64,000 bases of DNA from Candidatus Thorarchaeota archaeon (lineage in GTDB: Archaea > Asgardarchaeota > Thorarchaeia > Thorarchaeales > Thorarchaeaceae): positions 192,001 to 256,000 of the forward strand of contig CAVSBO010000016.1 in NCBI GenBank assembly GCA_963726195.1. The letters are read 5' to 3'. Positions 35,520 through 45,634 of the stretch are shown piece by piece (within the stretch, counting starts at the first letter, position 1; every line of letters begins with the position of its first letter). The translations under genes were made by a program, and so were the position numbers. Below the pieces are notes generated by a model. That model was given only the letters and a program-made list of their open reading frames with translations, made no database searches and had not been told where the DNA came from.

Positions 35520-37712
35520 CTGCCATCAAGACCGATTGAAGTCTTCTTTCCAATCGTTGAAATCAACAAGATTGCGGAAAGGGAGTCAACGGGCTTCGGC
35601 AGACGACACTATCGCCCTGTGTACGTAATACACAAGTGGTGGGCGCGAAGACTTGGCTCCGTCTTCCGTGCAATACTTCTGTATTCTCTTGCAGACAGCA
35701 GGTTGACAGAGTGGAATCAGAACCCCAGTGACCTGTGGGCATTCTATTCCCGTGACACACGTTTGAGCGGAAAGGTCGTTCTTGACCCGATGATGGGCGG
35801 AGGCACAACTGTCGTCGAAGCACTCAGGCTAGGATGCAAAGTCATAGGAGGAGACTTGAACCCCGTCTCTTGGTTTGTGGTGAAGAAGGAGATTGAGCAA
35901 ATTGATACGAAGGTACTCAGGGACAGTCTCGTGAAGCTGGACAATGACCTCGGAAGTGAACTCCGTAAATACTACAGGACTACGTGTCCTGAATGCGGCG
36001 GCAGTGCGGAAGCAATCTATTACTTCCATTGCAAAGAACTCGAGTGTGCAAATTGCAGCTCGAAGATTCCTTTAATGCGAGATTTCTTTCTGACAAGATC
36101 CTCTAGGAGGACAGGGGACATCGTAGTCTGTCCAAACTGTTGGAGCGTCTTCGAAACGGCTGATGCATCGGCACCGGCCAGATGCGCGAAATGCGGAACC
36201 CGATTCACTGCAAGAGGGATATCTTTCACTTCGGGACAGGAGTTCCTTTGTCCTAAACCAGGTTGTAGACCCACACGAATCGTCGAGGCCATTAGACGAC
36301 AAGGTCGGCCTAAGGAACGAATGTATGCTATCGAGTTCTATTGCAGCGTATGTGATCAGACTGACAACCCAAGACTGATGCACGGTAGAGGATACAAGGC
36401 TCCTGATGCTGCTGACCAAAGACTCTTGAAAGAAGCAGAAAGGGAGTTCGAAAGCGAAGCAGACCGACTGCCAATCCCCGATGTTCTCATCCCCCAAGGA
36501 GTAGAGACCAGACGTGTCTTGAACCATGGATATGTGAGATTCAATGATCTGTTTAATGCAAGACAACTGCTCAATCTCGGAAAGATATACAGGTGGATTC
36601 TGAGTGTTGAAGACTGGAATCTCAAAGAGTTTCTTGTACTGGCTTTCTCAAATTGCCTGAAGTACAACAATATGTTGTGCAAGTTCAATGGAACTAGGGG
36701 CTTCATAACCGACATCTTCAGAACTCACTCCTATTCTCCTTCGATGACTCCGGTTGAGAGCAACTGTTATGATACAGCAAAAGGACGGGGGCCCTTCACG
36801 GCTTTCGTCAGGCTTGTAATTGAAGGAAAGGACTACTGCGCGGCCCCGTTTGAAAGGATAGTTGAAGGTGCTACCATGAAAACGGTCCACTTCAGCACGC
36901 CGATTAAGAGCGAACTGGCGTTGGACTACAATGATTTTCGGGAGAATAAGCAGGCAATGTTGATTTGCGGCTCCTCAGTGAATATCGCCATTCCGGACAG
37001 CGCCGTAGATGCTGTTGTCACAGACCCTCCGTATGCGGGTAACGTGATGTATTCAGAGCTATCGAATTTCTTCTATGTATGGTTGCGCATGGCTCTAAAA
37101 TCCAAGTATCCTTGGTTCGAAAGTGAGACAGTTCCATGGGAAGAAGAAGTGATCTCTAACAAGATTCAGCAAAAGGGAGAGAAGGAGTTTCTTCGAGGAC
37201 TCACTGGCGTCCTTGCTGAGGCCAACCGTACTCTGAAATCGGACGGTGTTCTCGTTTTCACATTTCATCACAGAAATCTCAACGAATGGGTTTCGGTGCT
37301 TCAGGCTGTGTTAGATTCTGGCTTCTCCGTGACTGCAGCATACCCGGTGAGAAGCGAGATGGAAGCCTCTACTCACTTACGGCTAACCAACAGCATCAAG
37401 TATGATATTATTCTCGTATGCCGGAAAAGAGAGATGCAAAGCTATTCCAAGACTTGGTCTTCAGTGAAAAAGTCCATCGACAGAGCATCGAAAGAGGTTG
37501 TGACTATGCTCAAGACAGGAGGGGAGAAACCAACCCCGCTTGAGATACACATAATGACACTTGGAAAGTGTCTGGAGTGCTACTCGAAGTACTATCCTAA
37601 TGTGTTCCATAACGGAAACAAAGTCACTGCAGAGGAAACTCTTCGTTCAATCAGTGCTGCTTCGGAATTGACTACTCTGCACAATGGACTTCAAAGGAAT
37701 GCGGAGACCTGA
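35520..37712 (+). CDS. DUF1156/COG1743-type adenine DNA methyltransferase with Zn-ribbons
   Basis: 'HKWWARR', 'LDPMMGGGT', 'TDPPY', several CxxC; the family-like N-terminus extends in frame to CTG at 35520. Confidence 0.85.
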   Translation: MPSRPIEVFFPIVEINKIAERESTGFGRRHYRPVYVIHKWWARRLGSVFRAILLYSLADSRLTEWNQNPSDLWAFYSRDTRLSGKVVLDPMMGGGTTVVEALRLGCKVIGGDLNPVSWFVVKKEIEQIDTKVLRDSLVKLDNDLGSELRKYYRTTCPECGGSAEAIYYFHCKELECANCSSKIPLMRDFFLTRSSRRTGDIVVCPNCWSVFETADASAPARCAKCGTRFTARGISFTSGQEFLCPKPGCRPTRIVEAIRRQGRPKERMYAIEFYCSVCDQTDNPRLMHGRGYKAPDAADQRLLKEAEREFESEADRLPIPDVLIPQGVETRRVLNHGYVRFNDLFNARQLLNLGKIYRWILSVEDWNLKEFLVLAFSNCLKYNNMLCKFNGTRGFITDIFRTHSYSPSMTPVESNCYDTAKGRGPFTAFVRLVIEGKDYCAAPFERIVEGATMKTVHFSTPIKSELALDYNDFRENKQAMLICGSSVNIAIPDSAVDAVVTDPPYAGNVMYSELSNFFYVWLRMALKSKYPWFESETVPWEEEVISNKIQQKGEKEFLRGLTGVLAEANRTLKSDGVLVFTFHHRNLNEWVSVLQAVLDSGFSVTAAYPVRSEMEASTHLRLTNSIKYDIILVCRKREMQSYSKTWSSVKKSIDRASKEVVTMLKTGGEKPTPLEIHIMTLGKCLECYSKYYPNVFHNGNKVTAEETLRSISAASELTTLHNGLQRNAET

Positions 37713-38509
37713 GGAAGTAAGCCGAGTGCCAGTGCAAAGCAGAGGATAGTGAAGCCTGCCGAGATGATGAGCAACGCCCAGTCGCTTGGACGCCAGCGCG
37801 TGGTGCGCAGGTACGTTCTCTTATCACTATAGCCAAAACCTCTACCGGTCATTGAGAGAGAGAGACTGTCAACCCTTGACAGGGCCGACACGAGTAGAGG
37901 AAAGAAAGTGTAACGTACGCTTCTGAGTATCTTGTGAATGCCGCCCACCTCAAGCGAAATACCTCTGGATTGCTGAGCCATCCGAACGATATTGTTCTCA
38001 GAATCGAATAGCGGGAGAAACCTTAGCGCTATGACCAGTGAGAATGAATACCTGTAGGGAATCCCAATCTTGGTCAGAGAGTAAGCAAGCAGCGTCGGGT
38101 CCGTGACCGAGACGAAGAGCATGCTGGAGAACACGATTACGAGAAATCTCACTACTATGTCTAAACCTCTTTCCATGCCGAAATCGGTCACCGGGAAGAA
38201 TGGACCAAAACTGCCTATTTGAGGCAACAGATAGAAGAGCGTTGAGCCATTTGCTATCACAACAATCTGTAGCAAGAACATCAGCGCCGCGAATGTGAGA
38301 ATGAACTTCGTCCGACCTCTTGTCACCTTAAGCGGAACGTGCGAGAGCTTGAAACACACGAGAATGGAGAGAAGCACAAGTGCACTTAGTCGCCAGCTCG
38401 GGTAAACTACGATAGCAACTGCTAGAAATATGAGCGCACAAAGCTTCATCGCCGGATTCAAACGGTGAAGTGCTGTGTTCCTTTCGACGTATCCGATGCG
38501 TGAAGCCAA
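37691..38509 (-). CDS. ECF transporter T component
   Basis: 'LHRLNP', 'ALRFLP', 'AQQSRG', 'MTGRGF'. Confidence 0.9.
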   Translation of the reverse strand: MASRIGYVERNTALHRLNPAMKLCALIFLAVAIVVYPSWRLSALVLLSILVCFKLSHVPLKVTRGRTKFILTFAALMFLLQIVVIANGSTLFYLLPQIGSFGPFFPVTDFGMERGLDIVVRFLVIVFSSMLFVSVTDPTLLAYSLTKIGIPYRYSFSLVIALRFLPLFDSENNIVRMAQQSRGISLEVGGIHKILRSVRYTFFPLLVSALSRVDSLSLSMTGRGFGYSDKRTYLRTTRWRPSDWALLIISAGFTILCFALALGLLPQVSAFL

Positions 38510-39964
38510 TTAGGATGCCACCTCGTCAAGACTGTATTCATGTCGTCCAATTTGCTCAAGTCTGCGAAAGACCGACTCGGGGCGACCGTCCAACAACAAC
38601 AAGCCATTGTCTAAGAAGATCACTCGGTTGCAATACTGTGCTGTGAAAGAGAGATTGTGAGTTGCCACGACACAGGCCCCACCTGTCTGGGCCCTTTCCG
38701 TGATCGTATTCGTGATGAACCTTCTGCCATGCTCGTCCTGTCCTATGAAAGGCTCATCAAACAAATACAGCTCGGGATCATGAATAACGGCCGAGCAGAC
38801 GTTGAGACGCCGTTTCTGCCCGTGACTCAACGCGAAAGGGTTTCTATACTTCAGTTCTGCAAGACCGGCCTCGTCCAGACGTTTCTCATCGCGCTCGGTT
38901 GAATGACTCCGATTGAGACCCAGAACATCGAGCGTGAGAAGATACTCCTTCGAGACAGTCTGCTCGAATATCTGGTTGTTCGGGTTTTGAAATACTACTG
39001 CGACTCTTTTGGCCACGCCTTTCTTCGAAAGCCCATTGACTGGATTGGTTCCCAAGCAAACCTGTCCCTCCGATGGATTGAGTAATCCACCCAATAGATA
39101 AAGAAGTGTTGTCTTCCCGGAGCCGTTGTCGCCCATCAGCGCGACTACCTCTCCACGATGGACTGCCAAAGTGACTCTCTGAATCACTCGCCTGTCTGTG
39201 TAAGCGAAACTGACATTGGTCATTGAAGCGATGACTTCGGTCTCGATTGGTGCAGAGGAACGGTCCACGGGCTGGCCAGCTCCTTGGACAGTGTCTTTCG
39301 CCCATGGAGACAATCTGCCCTCGGACAACGATAGAACGCGATCCACTACTGGCAGGAATGCCCCAAGATTGTGCTCAATGCATAAGACACCGAGGTTCTT
39401 TTTCTTCAGCTCGACCAGTATCTGCCTGAGCTGAAGAATGCCTTTCGGATCGAGACTTGATGAGGGCTCATCTAGGATTAGATAATCAGGCTGACATGCA
39501 AGCATCGAAGCTATTACAATCCGCTGTTTCTCTCCGCCAGACAAAGCGTAAGTTTGACGCCCAGCAAGATGTGTTGAACCGATTGAAGCGAGGGATGAAT
39601 CAACCAAACGGGTCATGGTTTCAGGGTCGACTAGGTAGTTCTCAGGTCCGAAAGCTATCTCGTCATTGACAGTGAGAGCGCAGATTTGGCTCTCGGGATC
39701 CTGCTGAATGAGCGCAACCTTCCGAGCAATCTCGGCCATCGGGAGAGAATCGGCATCGTTGCCGTCAATGGACAGGCTACCAGAGCACTCGCCACGAATG
39801 AGTCTTGGTATGAACCCGCAGAGGAACTTCACTAATGTTGACTTTCCAGAACCGGTTGGGCCCGTAACCAAGAGTATTTCGCCCGGTCGAAGTGTCAAGT
39901 CTACAGAACGAAGCACTGGTTGTACTCCATCATAGGAAAAGGTGATACGACGCGCTTCAAGCAT
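38510..39964 (-). CDS. ECF transporter duplicated ATPase
   Basis: Two Walker A (GPTGSGKST, GDNGSGKTT); LSGGEKQ and LSHGQK signatures. Confidence 0.9.
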   Translation of the reverse strand: MLEARRITFSYDGVQPVLRSVDLTLRPGEILLVTGPTGSGKSTLVKFLCGFIPRLIRGECSGSLSIDGNDADSLPMAEIARKVALIQQDPESQICALTVNDEIAFGPENYLVDPETMTRLVDSSLASIGSTHLAGRQTYALSGGEKQRIVIASMLACQPDYLILDEPSSSLDPKGILQLRQILVELKKKNLGVLCIEHNLGAFLPVVDRVLSLSEGRLSPWAKDTVQGAGQPVDRSSAPIETEVIASMTNVSFAYTDRRVIQRVTLAVHRGEVVALMGDNGSGKTTLLYLLGGLLNPSEGQVCLGTNPVNGLSKKGVAKRVAVVFQNPNNQIFEQTVSKEYLLTLDVLGLNRSHSTERDEKRLDEAGLAELKYRNPFALSHGQKRRLNVCSAVIHDPELYLFDEPFIGQDEHGRRFITNTITERAQTGGACVVATHNLSFTAQYCNRVIFLDNGLLLLDGRPESVFRRLEQIGRHEYSLDEVAS

Positions 39965-39976
39965 GGACGTTCTCGC

Positions 39977-41041
39977 CTAGTACACTCTAAGAGTGACGAC
40001 TTGTTTCACCCACATCGAACCTGCATAGTTCCCGGCTATTAGCCAGAGACCAGTCTCGCCCTTTGACAGTAACAGGTGCGTGTCAGCAAGGACCGCACTT
40101 AAGTTGAAATTCACAGTATAGCCGTCGTGCGCAATTACGGTCAACATGGAAGCCGCCGACTCAGGACTGGCTTTGGCTAAGATTAAGCTCAAAAGAACCC
40201 CTGTGTAGTTCGCGGGACCTATGTGGGTTGATGTGCCATTCAGCTCCGCTACTATCGTAACCTGCTGGTTGGTGAACGCAGAGTATGTGAAGGTGTATGG
40301 ATTTGCAACGAGCCCAGTGACATCACATGAGTATGGGTCTGGCAGTGTCTTCATCACAAACACGACATAGAATGTCGAACCAACGGTCAGGAAGAGAATC
40401 ATTGCTATGGCTGGAAGATTCCGAATCCTTCTCTTCGGCGTGGGCGTTAGAGCCGGTATCACAGATTCAGACACAGGAACAATGACGCTCGTATCATAGA
40501 GGAACTGCATAGTCTCCCACGCAAAATAGCCGCCGAAGATAACGCCAGAACAGAAGGCCAGTACTGTGATGAGGAACAGATAGATTGGGGGAACGACTGA
40601 GAAATAGAGGAATTGCAGTACCCATACATTGGAGGCGGAGGAGATACCAGCAAAAAGCCACCACGTAAGCTTCGATCCGACTCCTGCACGGGATGGGCTT
40701 CCTCCAAAGGTGGCACCCACGTCAACAATCGCTCCTTGGATGAGAGACACTAACACAACAACAATACCATGTGTACTGCCCGTGAGAAACTCGACAAAGC
40801 CCTTGAGAAGACCTCCTGCCGTTCCGACTCCTTTCTTCGGTACCGCCAGTCTGATTAATGCTATCCAGAAAACGTGGAGCCCCGCCATGAACTGACCCGC
40901 TCCAAATGGTACTCCTAGGCCGGCGTTTATGAGATTGCCAAGATAGCCTACGAATGTGCTCAGAGCACCGCCGAGAGAGGCCAGAACAGCGACCATGACG
41001 ATTTCACGGGTCATCTGCGCAGTTGAACGGTCGAGAATCAC
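39977..41041 (-). CDS. ECF S component fused to a C-terminal molybdopterin-oxidoreductase-like domain
   Basis: About 7 TM helices with 'PKKGVGT..GLLKGFVE'; soluble tail 'YTGVLL..IL...AHDGY....WVKQV'. Confidence 0.7.
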   Translation of the reverse strand: MILDRSTAQMTREIVMVAVLASLGGALSTFVGYLGNLINAGLGVPFGAGQFMAGLHVFWIALIRLAVPKKGVGTAGGLLKGFVEFLTGSTHGIVVVLVSLIQGAIVDVGATFGGSPSRAGVGSKLTWWLFAGISSASNVWVLQFLYFSVVPPIYLFLITVLAFCSGVIFGGYFAWETMQFLYDTSVIVPVSESVIPALTPTPKRRIRNLPAIAMILFLTVGSTFYVVFVMKTLPDPYSCDVTGLVANPYTFTYSAFTNQQVTIVAELNGTSTHIGPANYTGVLLSLILAKASPESAASMLTVIAHDGYTVNFNLSAVLADTHLLLSKGETGLWLIAGNYAGSMWVKQVVTLRVY

Positions 41042-42585
41042 CCTTGGATCACCTCGATCAGTATTACATATCTCACCCAGAGCGAACCTGCGGACGGGTA
41101 GTAATGAAAGCCTAGTCCCGGAACCGAAGTGGCTAAGCAGTCATCGTTACCATAAGCACCATCGGGTGCAAGCATTACGATTCTCGGACCGTCTTGCCAA
41201 GTTGGAACCGATGTCCCGTTGAACTCATACGCGAGTATCATGTCTCCCTGCAGTGCGTGCCAAGAACCATTAGGAAAGACATTCCAGTAGGAGTACTGTC
41301 TCTCGTAGCCATCATATGCTGATACAGAAAGCAATTCGCTGGTTGTCATCCCACCAATGATGTCGAGCAAATCAGCTACTCTGACCCCCTTGTATGAGCC
41401 TTGCCCGCCCCAGTTGCCATATTGATTTTGGAACGACGACAAACCCGTAATGCTTGGTAGTCCTGCCAAATCCTCGACCGAAACCGTTACGCTCTCTGAA
41501 GTACCTTCGACCGTGACAGTACCAAGGCCTAGAACTGGAGGACTCAGCTGCACAACATTCGTCGTGAGATTAGACCCTTGGAGCGTGACGTTGATGAAAT
41601 GATACAATCCTCCTTGCGAGCTAGGAGATATGCCCGCGCCGGCACCTCCTGTTATTACGTAGCGCACACCGTTGCGAATGGTTTCGTTAAATATGTGAAT
41701 GTGACCAGCGAATACTATGTTAACACCTGAAGTCTCGAACAGATTCATCAACCGTTCTGCTGTCGTGCTGTTGGATAGCGTATGATTCTCCCCGGGACGG
41801 GGGTCAAACGGAGGAATATGCGTGAATACTATTTTCCATTCTGCTGAGGATCCAGTGATGTCCTTGGCTAGCCAACTCAGGGCCTCCTCCGAAACATTAC
41901 CCCTAGAAGTGTCGAGGATTGTAAAGTGTGCAGGACCAGAATCAAATGAATAACTGGACGGACCAAAGTGTCGAAGATATCTCACGTCACCGCCCATTCG
42001 TATGTCGTGGTTTCCAGCAGTAGCGAGCAAAGGTATCGTCAGGTTGTGAAGTGCCTGTACGAAACTGACATACTGTGTTTCTTGGCCAAAGGGCGTAATA
42101 TCTCCGCAGTGGAACAGGAAATCGGGTCTGTCCTTATTGGCAGAGGACACAATCCGTTCTACTCCGCCTTGATAGCCCTGCGAATCACCGAAGACGTAGA
42201 ATCTAACGGAATCTGACGGAGTGTGACGTAGATTCAACTGAGCTTGGAGCGCGGTCGTACGTATTTCGAAGATTTCAGAACTATATCCGACCGCAACAGC
42301 AGTGACTTGCGCATCTGATTCTGCGACCGCTCTCTCAGTGTCTATGTTGGTGATGTTGATTCTGAACAAGCCAACGCCGGACTGGGAGTTCCACACCAGC
42401 GTAATGTTCACGCTGAGGCCCATAGCGCGGACAACCGCAGAATCGCTTGAGTTTTCAACCAAGTACCCCCCTTTGACCGAGATGGTAGGGGGTTCCCTTA
42501 TGTTTTGAAGAAGAGATACGCCGACTGCGAAGCCTGCGGCTATTAGTACCAACGAGAGTGCAAGCACTGTCGCTCTACGATTCAT
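41038..42585 (-). CDS. Membrane-anchored calcineurin-like metallophosphoesterase with a C-terminal molybdopterin-oxidoreductase-like domain
   Basis: N-terminal TM/signal; GDSQ, GDIT, GNHD, THIPP, GHIH; tail 'YKGVRVADLL...AYDGY...ILAYEFNG...GPRIV...WVRYV'. Confidence 0.78.
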   Translation of the reverse strand: MNRRATVLALSLVLIAAGFAVGVSLLQNIREPPTISVKGGYLVENSSDSAVVRAMGLSVNITLVWNSQSGVGLFRINITNIDTERAVAESDAQVTAVAVGYSSEIFEIRTTALQAQLNLRHTPSDSVRFYVFGDSQGYQGGVERIVSSANKDRPDFLFHCGDITPFGQETQYVSFVQALHNLTIPLLATAGNHDIRMGGDVRYLRHFGPSSYSFDSGPAHFTILDTSRGNVSEEALSWLAKDITGSSAEWKIVFTHIPPFDPRPGENHTLSNSTTAERLMNLFETSGVNIVFAGHIHIFNETIRNGVRYVITGGAGAGISPSSQGGLYHFINVTLQGSNLTTNVVQLSPPVLGLGTVTVEGTSESVTVSVEDLAGLPSITGLSSFQNQYGNWGGQGSYKGVRVADLLDIIGGMTTSELLSVSAYDGYERQYSYWNVFPNGSWHALQGDMILAYEFNGTSVPTWQDGPRIVMLAPDGAYGNDDCLATSVPGLGFHYYPSAGSLWVRYVILIEVIQG

Positions 42586-42696
42586 CCAAGGCGGTCTCCG
42601 TTAGCCTTACTGATATGCTCAACCGAACATATCAGTGCGGAGATGGTAATAAGAAGATTAGGGAGAGGCAGCCAAAGACCATCTGATGGCAGTGAC

Positions 42697-43482
42697 TCAG
42701 TCAATGGGAATCCCAAACTGAGAGACCTTCTTCGCAAGAAGAAGGAGGCTGTCGTCTCTGCGCCAGCGAGCAGTTTCCTTCAGGGCACTAGAAACTGTTT
42801 GAGCGAATAATCCATCAATACCTGTGCTGCGAGCCTCGCCCTTGAGAGCCAAGTAGTGCTCAAGTAAGCGCCAAGCCAATGCCCTCTTTCTATTGTCAAA
42901 GATCGGTGCCGTGTCGAGCAGACTGGCCGCGATACCACCTATATCTAAAACCCATTCGCCGGGTCGGGACTCTTCGAAGTCTAGACCGTAGAGTTCTGCG
43001 TCGCTATAGATGAAGTTTCTAAGCTTTGCATCGCCCTTGATGAGGTTGTTTGCAGTGTGATACTTGTAATACCACTGAGCCAGTGCATCAATTAGTCCGG
43101 GGTCGAAGGTCCGGTTAATTCTTTCAACCAGAAGCTCCCCTGATATGAACGACATCAGTATCACGCCTTGTTCGCCAGCAAGAACCTCTGGCACATTGAG
43201 GCCACGATCACGACAGGTTCTGAGAATTTGCAGCTCTTTTTCAAAGCGGTCAGTGACAAACAGCTTTGCGACCACGTCAATTGGAGGAGTTCTTCTCCTG
43301 CCTCCGATTCTGAGTTGAAGAACGACGTTCTTTCTGCTTTCGAAACGTCGGGCAACTCCCACCTTGATGGTGGCACCGAACTCGTGCTTCAAGAGAATCT
43401 CAAGCGTAGTTAGACGGCCCGGGTCAAGCTTGGTGCCGTCGACCCCCGTCAAGTCGCCGTTCAATCCCTTTAGGAGACTCAT
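42697..43482 (-). CDS. Atypical protein-kinase-like (Bud32/RIO/APH-fold) protein
   Basis: VVAK, 'GLNVPEV', 'KGDAKLRNF', 'GLDFEE'. Confidence 0.7.
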   Translation of the reverse strand: MSLLKGLNGDLTGVDGTKLDPGRLTTLEILLKHEFGATIKVGVARRFESRKNVVLQLRIGGRRRTPPIDVVAKLFVTDRFEKELQILRTCRDRGLNVPEVLAGEQGVILMSFISGELLVERINRTFDPGLIDALAQWYYKYHTANNLIKGDAKLRNFIYSDAELYGLDFEESRPGEWVLDIGGIAASLLDTAPIFDNRKRALAWRLLEHYLALKGEARSTGIDGLFAQTVSSALKETARWRRDDSLLLLAKKVSQFGIPID

Positions 43483-43567
43483 AGCGCATGGCCATCACTT
43501 CCCCGCGTCTATTAGCGTATCGACTGGACCAAACAGGTTTAATGGTCAATGCCAAGCAACCGACAAC

Positions 43568-43789
43568 ATGAAAATGACGGACGGAGTCCGCAATTCGGAA
43601 AGGAGCAAGCAGCGCTGCACATGCACGTATACGGGCTGTCCAAGACAAGGCTATTGCTGTGATTGCCTTCAGTATCACTAGAAGAATCATGAACTTCCGG
43701 GATGTCTCTTCCCGCCTGAAGCTGAGAAAACCTACGACCGCTCCCTCGAACATTTCCTAGAAATCTGGGGAAGGAAATCTAAGAAATGA
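43568..43789 (+). CDS. Small Cys-rich protein (DUF6485-like) with in-frame TAG at 43679
   Basis: 'CTCTYTGCPRQGYCCDCLQYH*KNHELPGCLFPPEAEKTYDRS'. Confidence 0.65.
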
Positions 43790-43861
43790 AACATGTGCTT
43801 CCGGTTCTTCGGGGAATCAGGTGTAAAAGCCTTAAGGAGCTGGTTTTCATGAACCACAAAG

Positions 43862-43939
43862 GGGCGCGTAGTCTAGCCTGGACAAGGCACGAGCCTTCGG
43901 AGTTCGATGTCGCCGGTTCAAATCCGGCCGCGCCCGCCA
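43862..43939 (+). tRNA. tRNA-Arg(TCG)
   Basis: GGGCGCG acceptor, CGAGC-CTTCGGA-GTTCG, CCA. Confidence 0.95.
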
Positions 43940-44001
43940 CTCACTCCTCAGCCTATTGGACCTTTCTGTAGATTCTGCCTTGAAACGTACAACCCAAACT
44001 G

Positions 44002-45069
44002 CTAATCGCACGAAATTGGTCTCGCGCTCCTTGAGGCCTGTGTTCCGAAGAGTCGTTTCATCTTTTCTTCGTTCGGTCTACGTAAAACTCCCCTGTCAGT
44101 GATTATTGCCGAGATGAGTTCGGGAGGCGTTATGTCGAATGCAGGATTGTATACCTTCGCTGTCGGTACAGTCACATACTGACCGTTTATTATGCGAACC
44201 TCGTCCGGGTGGCGCTCCTCAATCTTCACATCTTCGGTTCTGCTGGCCATATCAACTGTCGAGCTCGGAGCTGCCACGTAGAAAGGTATCTTGTGATAGT
44301 TGGCAGTGATTGCCATTGTGTAGGTGCCAATCTTGTTTGTCACATGACCTGTTCTCAGTATCCGATCCGCACCTACAACACAACAGTTCACTCGTCTTTG
44401 CTGAAACACTGTACCAATCATTCCATCAGTAATCAAAGTGGTGTCTATGCCGTCTTGCATGAATTCGAAGACTGTCAGCCTCGCACCCTGTTGCCTTGGA
44501 CGCGTTTCTGCAGCATAGACCTTGATGTTCCCGTACTTCTCATTTGCAACTCGGATGACAGCACCGACAGTGCCAAGGTGAACAGTTGCCAGCGATCCTG
44601 CATTGCAGATGGTCTGAATCGTCCAGCCCGATTTGATGAGCGGGAGCGCATTCTCGCCAATGCGTCTGCACATTCGTATGTCTTCTTCGGCAATCTCTTT
44701 TGCCTCATCTATTAGGACCTTGATTATGTCATCCACACTCCCCTTCACTGTCTCTGCAAGTTGCAGCATTCGATTCGTTGCCCAAGTCAGGTTCACAGCA
44801 GTCGGACGTACATTCAACGTCGAAGCTGCATGCTTCAGGAACCTAACCAATTCTGCTTTCGAATCTGCGTGGCTTTCTAGTGCGGCCAGTGCCATTCCCA
44901 TGCCTGCCGCCGCGCCGATAGCAGGCGCGCCCCTAATCTCCATGACCTGAATCGCCTGCGCTATCCGTTCATGCTCCGAGGTGGTTATGTGCTCTATCAC
45001 TAGAGGAAGCTTCGTCTGGTCTACGTAGCGGACCGTGTTATCATCTAGCCACTCTATCGTTCGAAACAT
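44002..45069 (-). CDS. mtnA: Methylthioribose-1-phosphate isomerase (eIF2B-like family)
   Basis: 'VDQTKLP', 'IRGAPAIG', 'RPTAVNL', 'CNAGSLAT', 'ETRPRQQGARLT', 'NPAFDITP'. Confidence 0.88.
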   Translation of the reverse strand: MFRTIEWLDDNTVRYVDQTKLPLVIEHITTSEHERIAQAIQVMEIRGAPAIGAAAGMGMALAALESHADSKAELVRFLKHAASTLNVRPTAVNLTWATNRMLQLAETVKGSVDDIIKVLIDEAKEIAEEDIRMCRRIGENALPLIKSGWTIQTICNAGSLATVHLGTVGAVIRVANEKYGNIKVYAAETRPRQQGARLTVFEFMQDGIDTTLITDGMIGTVFQQRRVNCCVVGADRILRTGHVTNKIGTYTMAITANYHKIPFYVAAPSSTVDMASRTEDVKIEERHPDEVRIINGQYVTVPTAKVYNPAFDITPPELISAIITDRGVLRRPNEEKMKRLFGTQASRSARPISCD

Positions 45070-45571
45070 CTCTGGAGTCTCCCAAGTGCTGTTGCAGAAC
45101 TCTTCTGAGGATTCTAATAACTCTCTGAGCAGCGTCATGTATCTCCGGAGTCAACCCTTCACCAAAGGCAATGCTCTTTGGCTGCACACCCAGAAGGATT
45201 GTCTTACCTCGAGTCTCCTGCTCCAAGTACATCATCAGCAACGACAAAGGCATACTGTGTGTGCTTATGGCAACGCCACCTATTCTCTCCTTTGTAATTA
45301 AATCAATGTGAGCTGCAGGCTTGCCCATGTCAGCCGCATCCACCATTATTACCCGCTCGGCGCCGAACTCAGCCAAGGGATGTGCAAAAGCTTCCGGAAC
45401 AGAGCCGACATTCTCCACCATCAGGTCAGGATGGTTTATGTTCAATTCTTCGGTAACGAATGGACCTAGGCCATCATCTGTTCTCAAGTCATTTCCTATC
45501 CCGAGGACTGCCACACGTCTGGCCCCGGAGATGAACTTCCTGAGGCCTTCTTCTAGCGCGCTTTCTGTCAC
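45041..45571 (-). CDS. Hydrogenase maturation protease (HycI-like)
   Basis: 'LGIGNDLRTDDGLG', 'VPE', 'VDAAD', 'STHSMPL'. Confidence 0.88.
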   Translation of the reverse strand: MTESALEEGLRKFISGARRVAVLGIGNDLRTDDGLGPFVTEELNINHPDLMVENVGSVPEAFAHPLAEFGAERVIMVDAADMGKPAAHIDLITKERIGGVAISTHSMPLSLLMMYLEQETRGKTILLGVQPKSIAFGEGLTPEIHDAAQRVIRILRRVLQQHLGDSRDVSNDRVAR

Positions 45572-45634
45572 AGACTCACTGGCCCGGAGACTAACTTGGA
45601 TCCCTGATATGTGCCTCGACGAAGTACAACGAAC

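Noticed and set aside
39522-39533. 12-nt match to the orphan omega-RNA guide inside the ECF ATPase gene
   Set aside because: Short, and mismatched at the scaffold-proximal seed; not convincing as a target.
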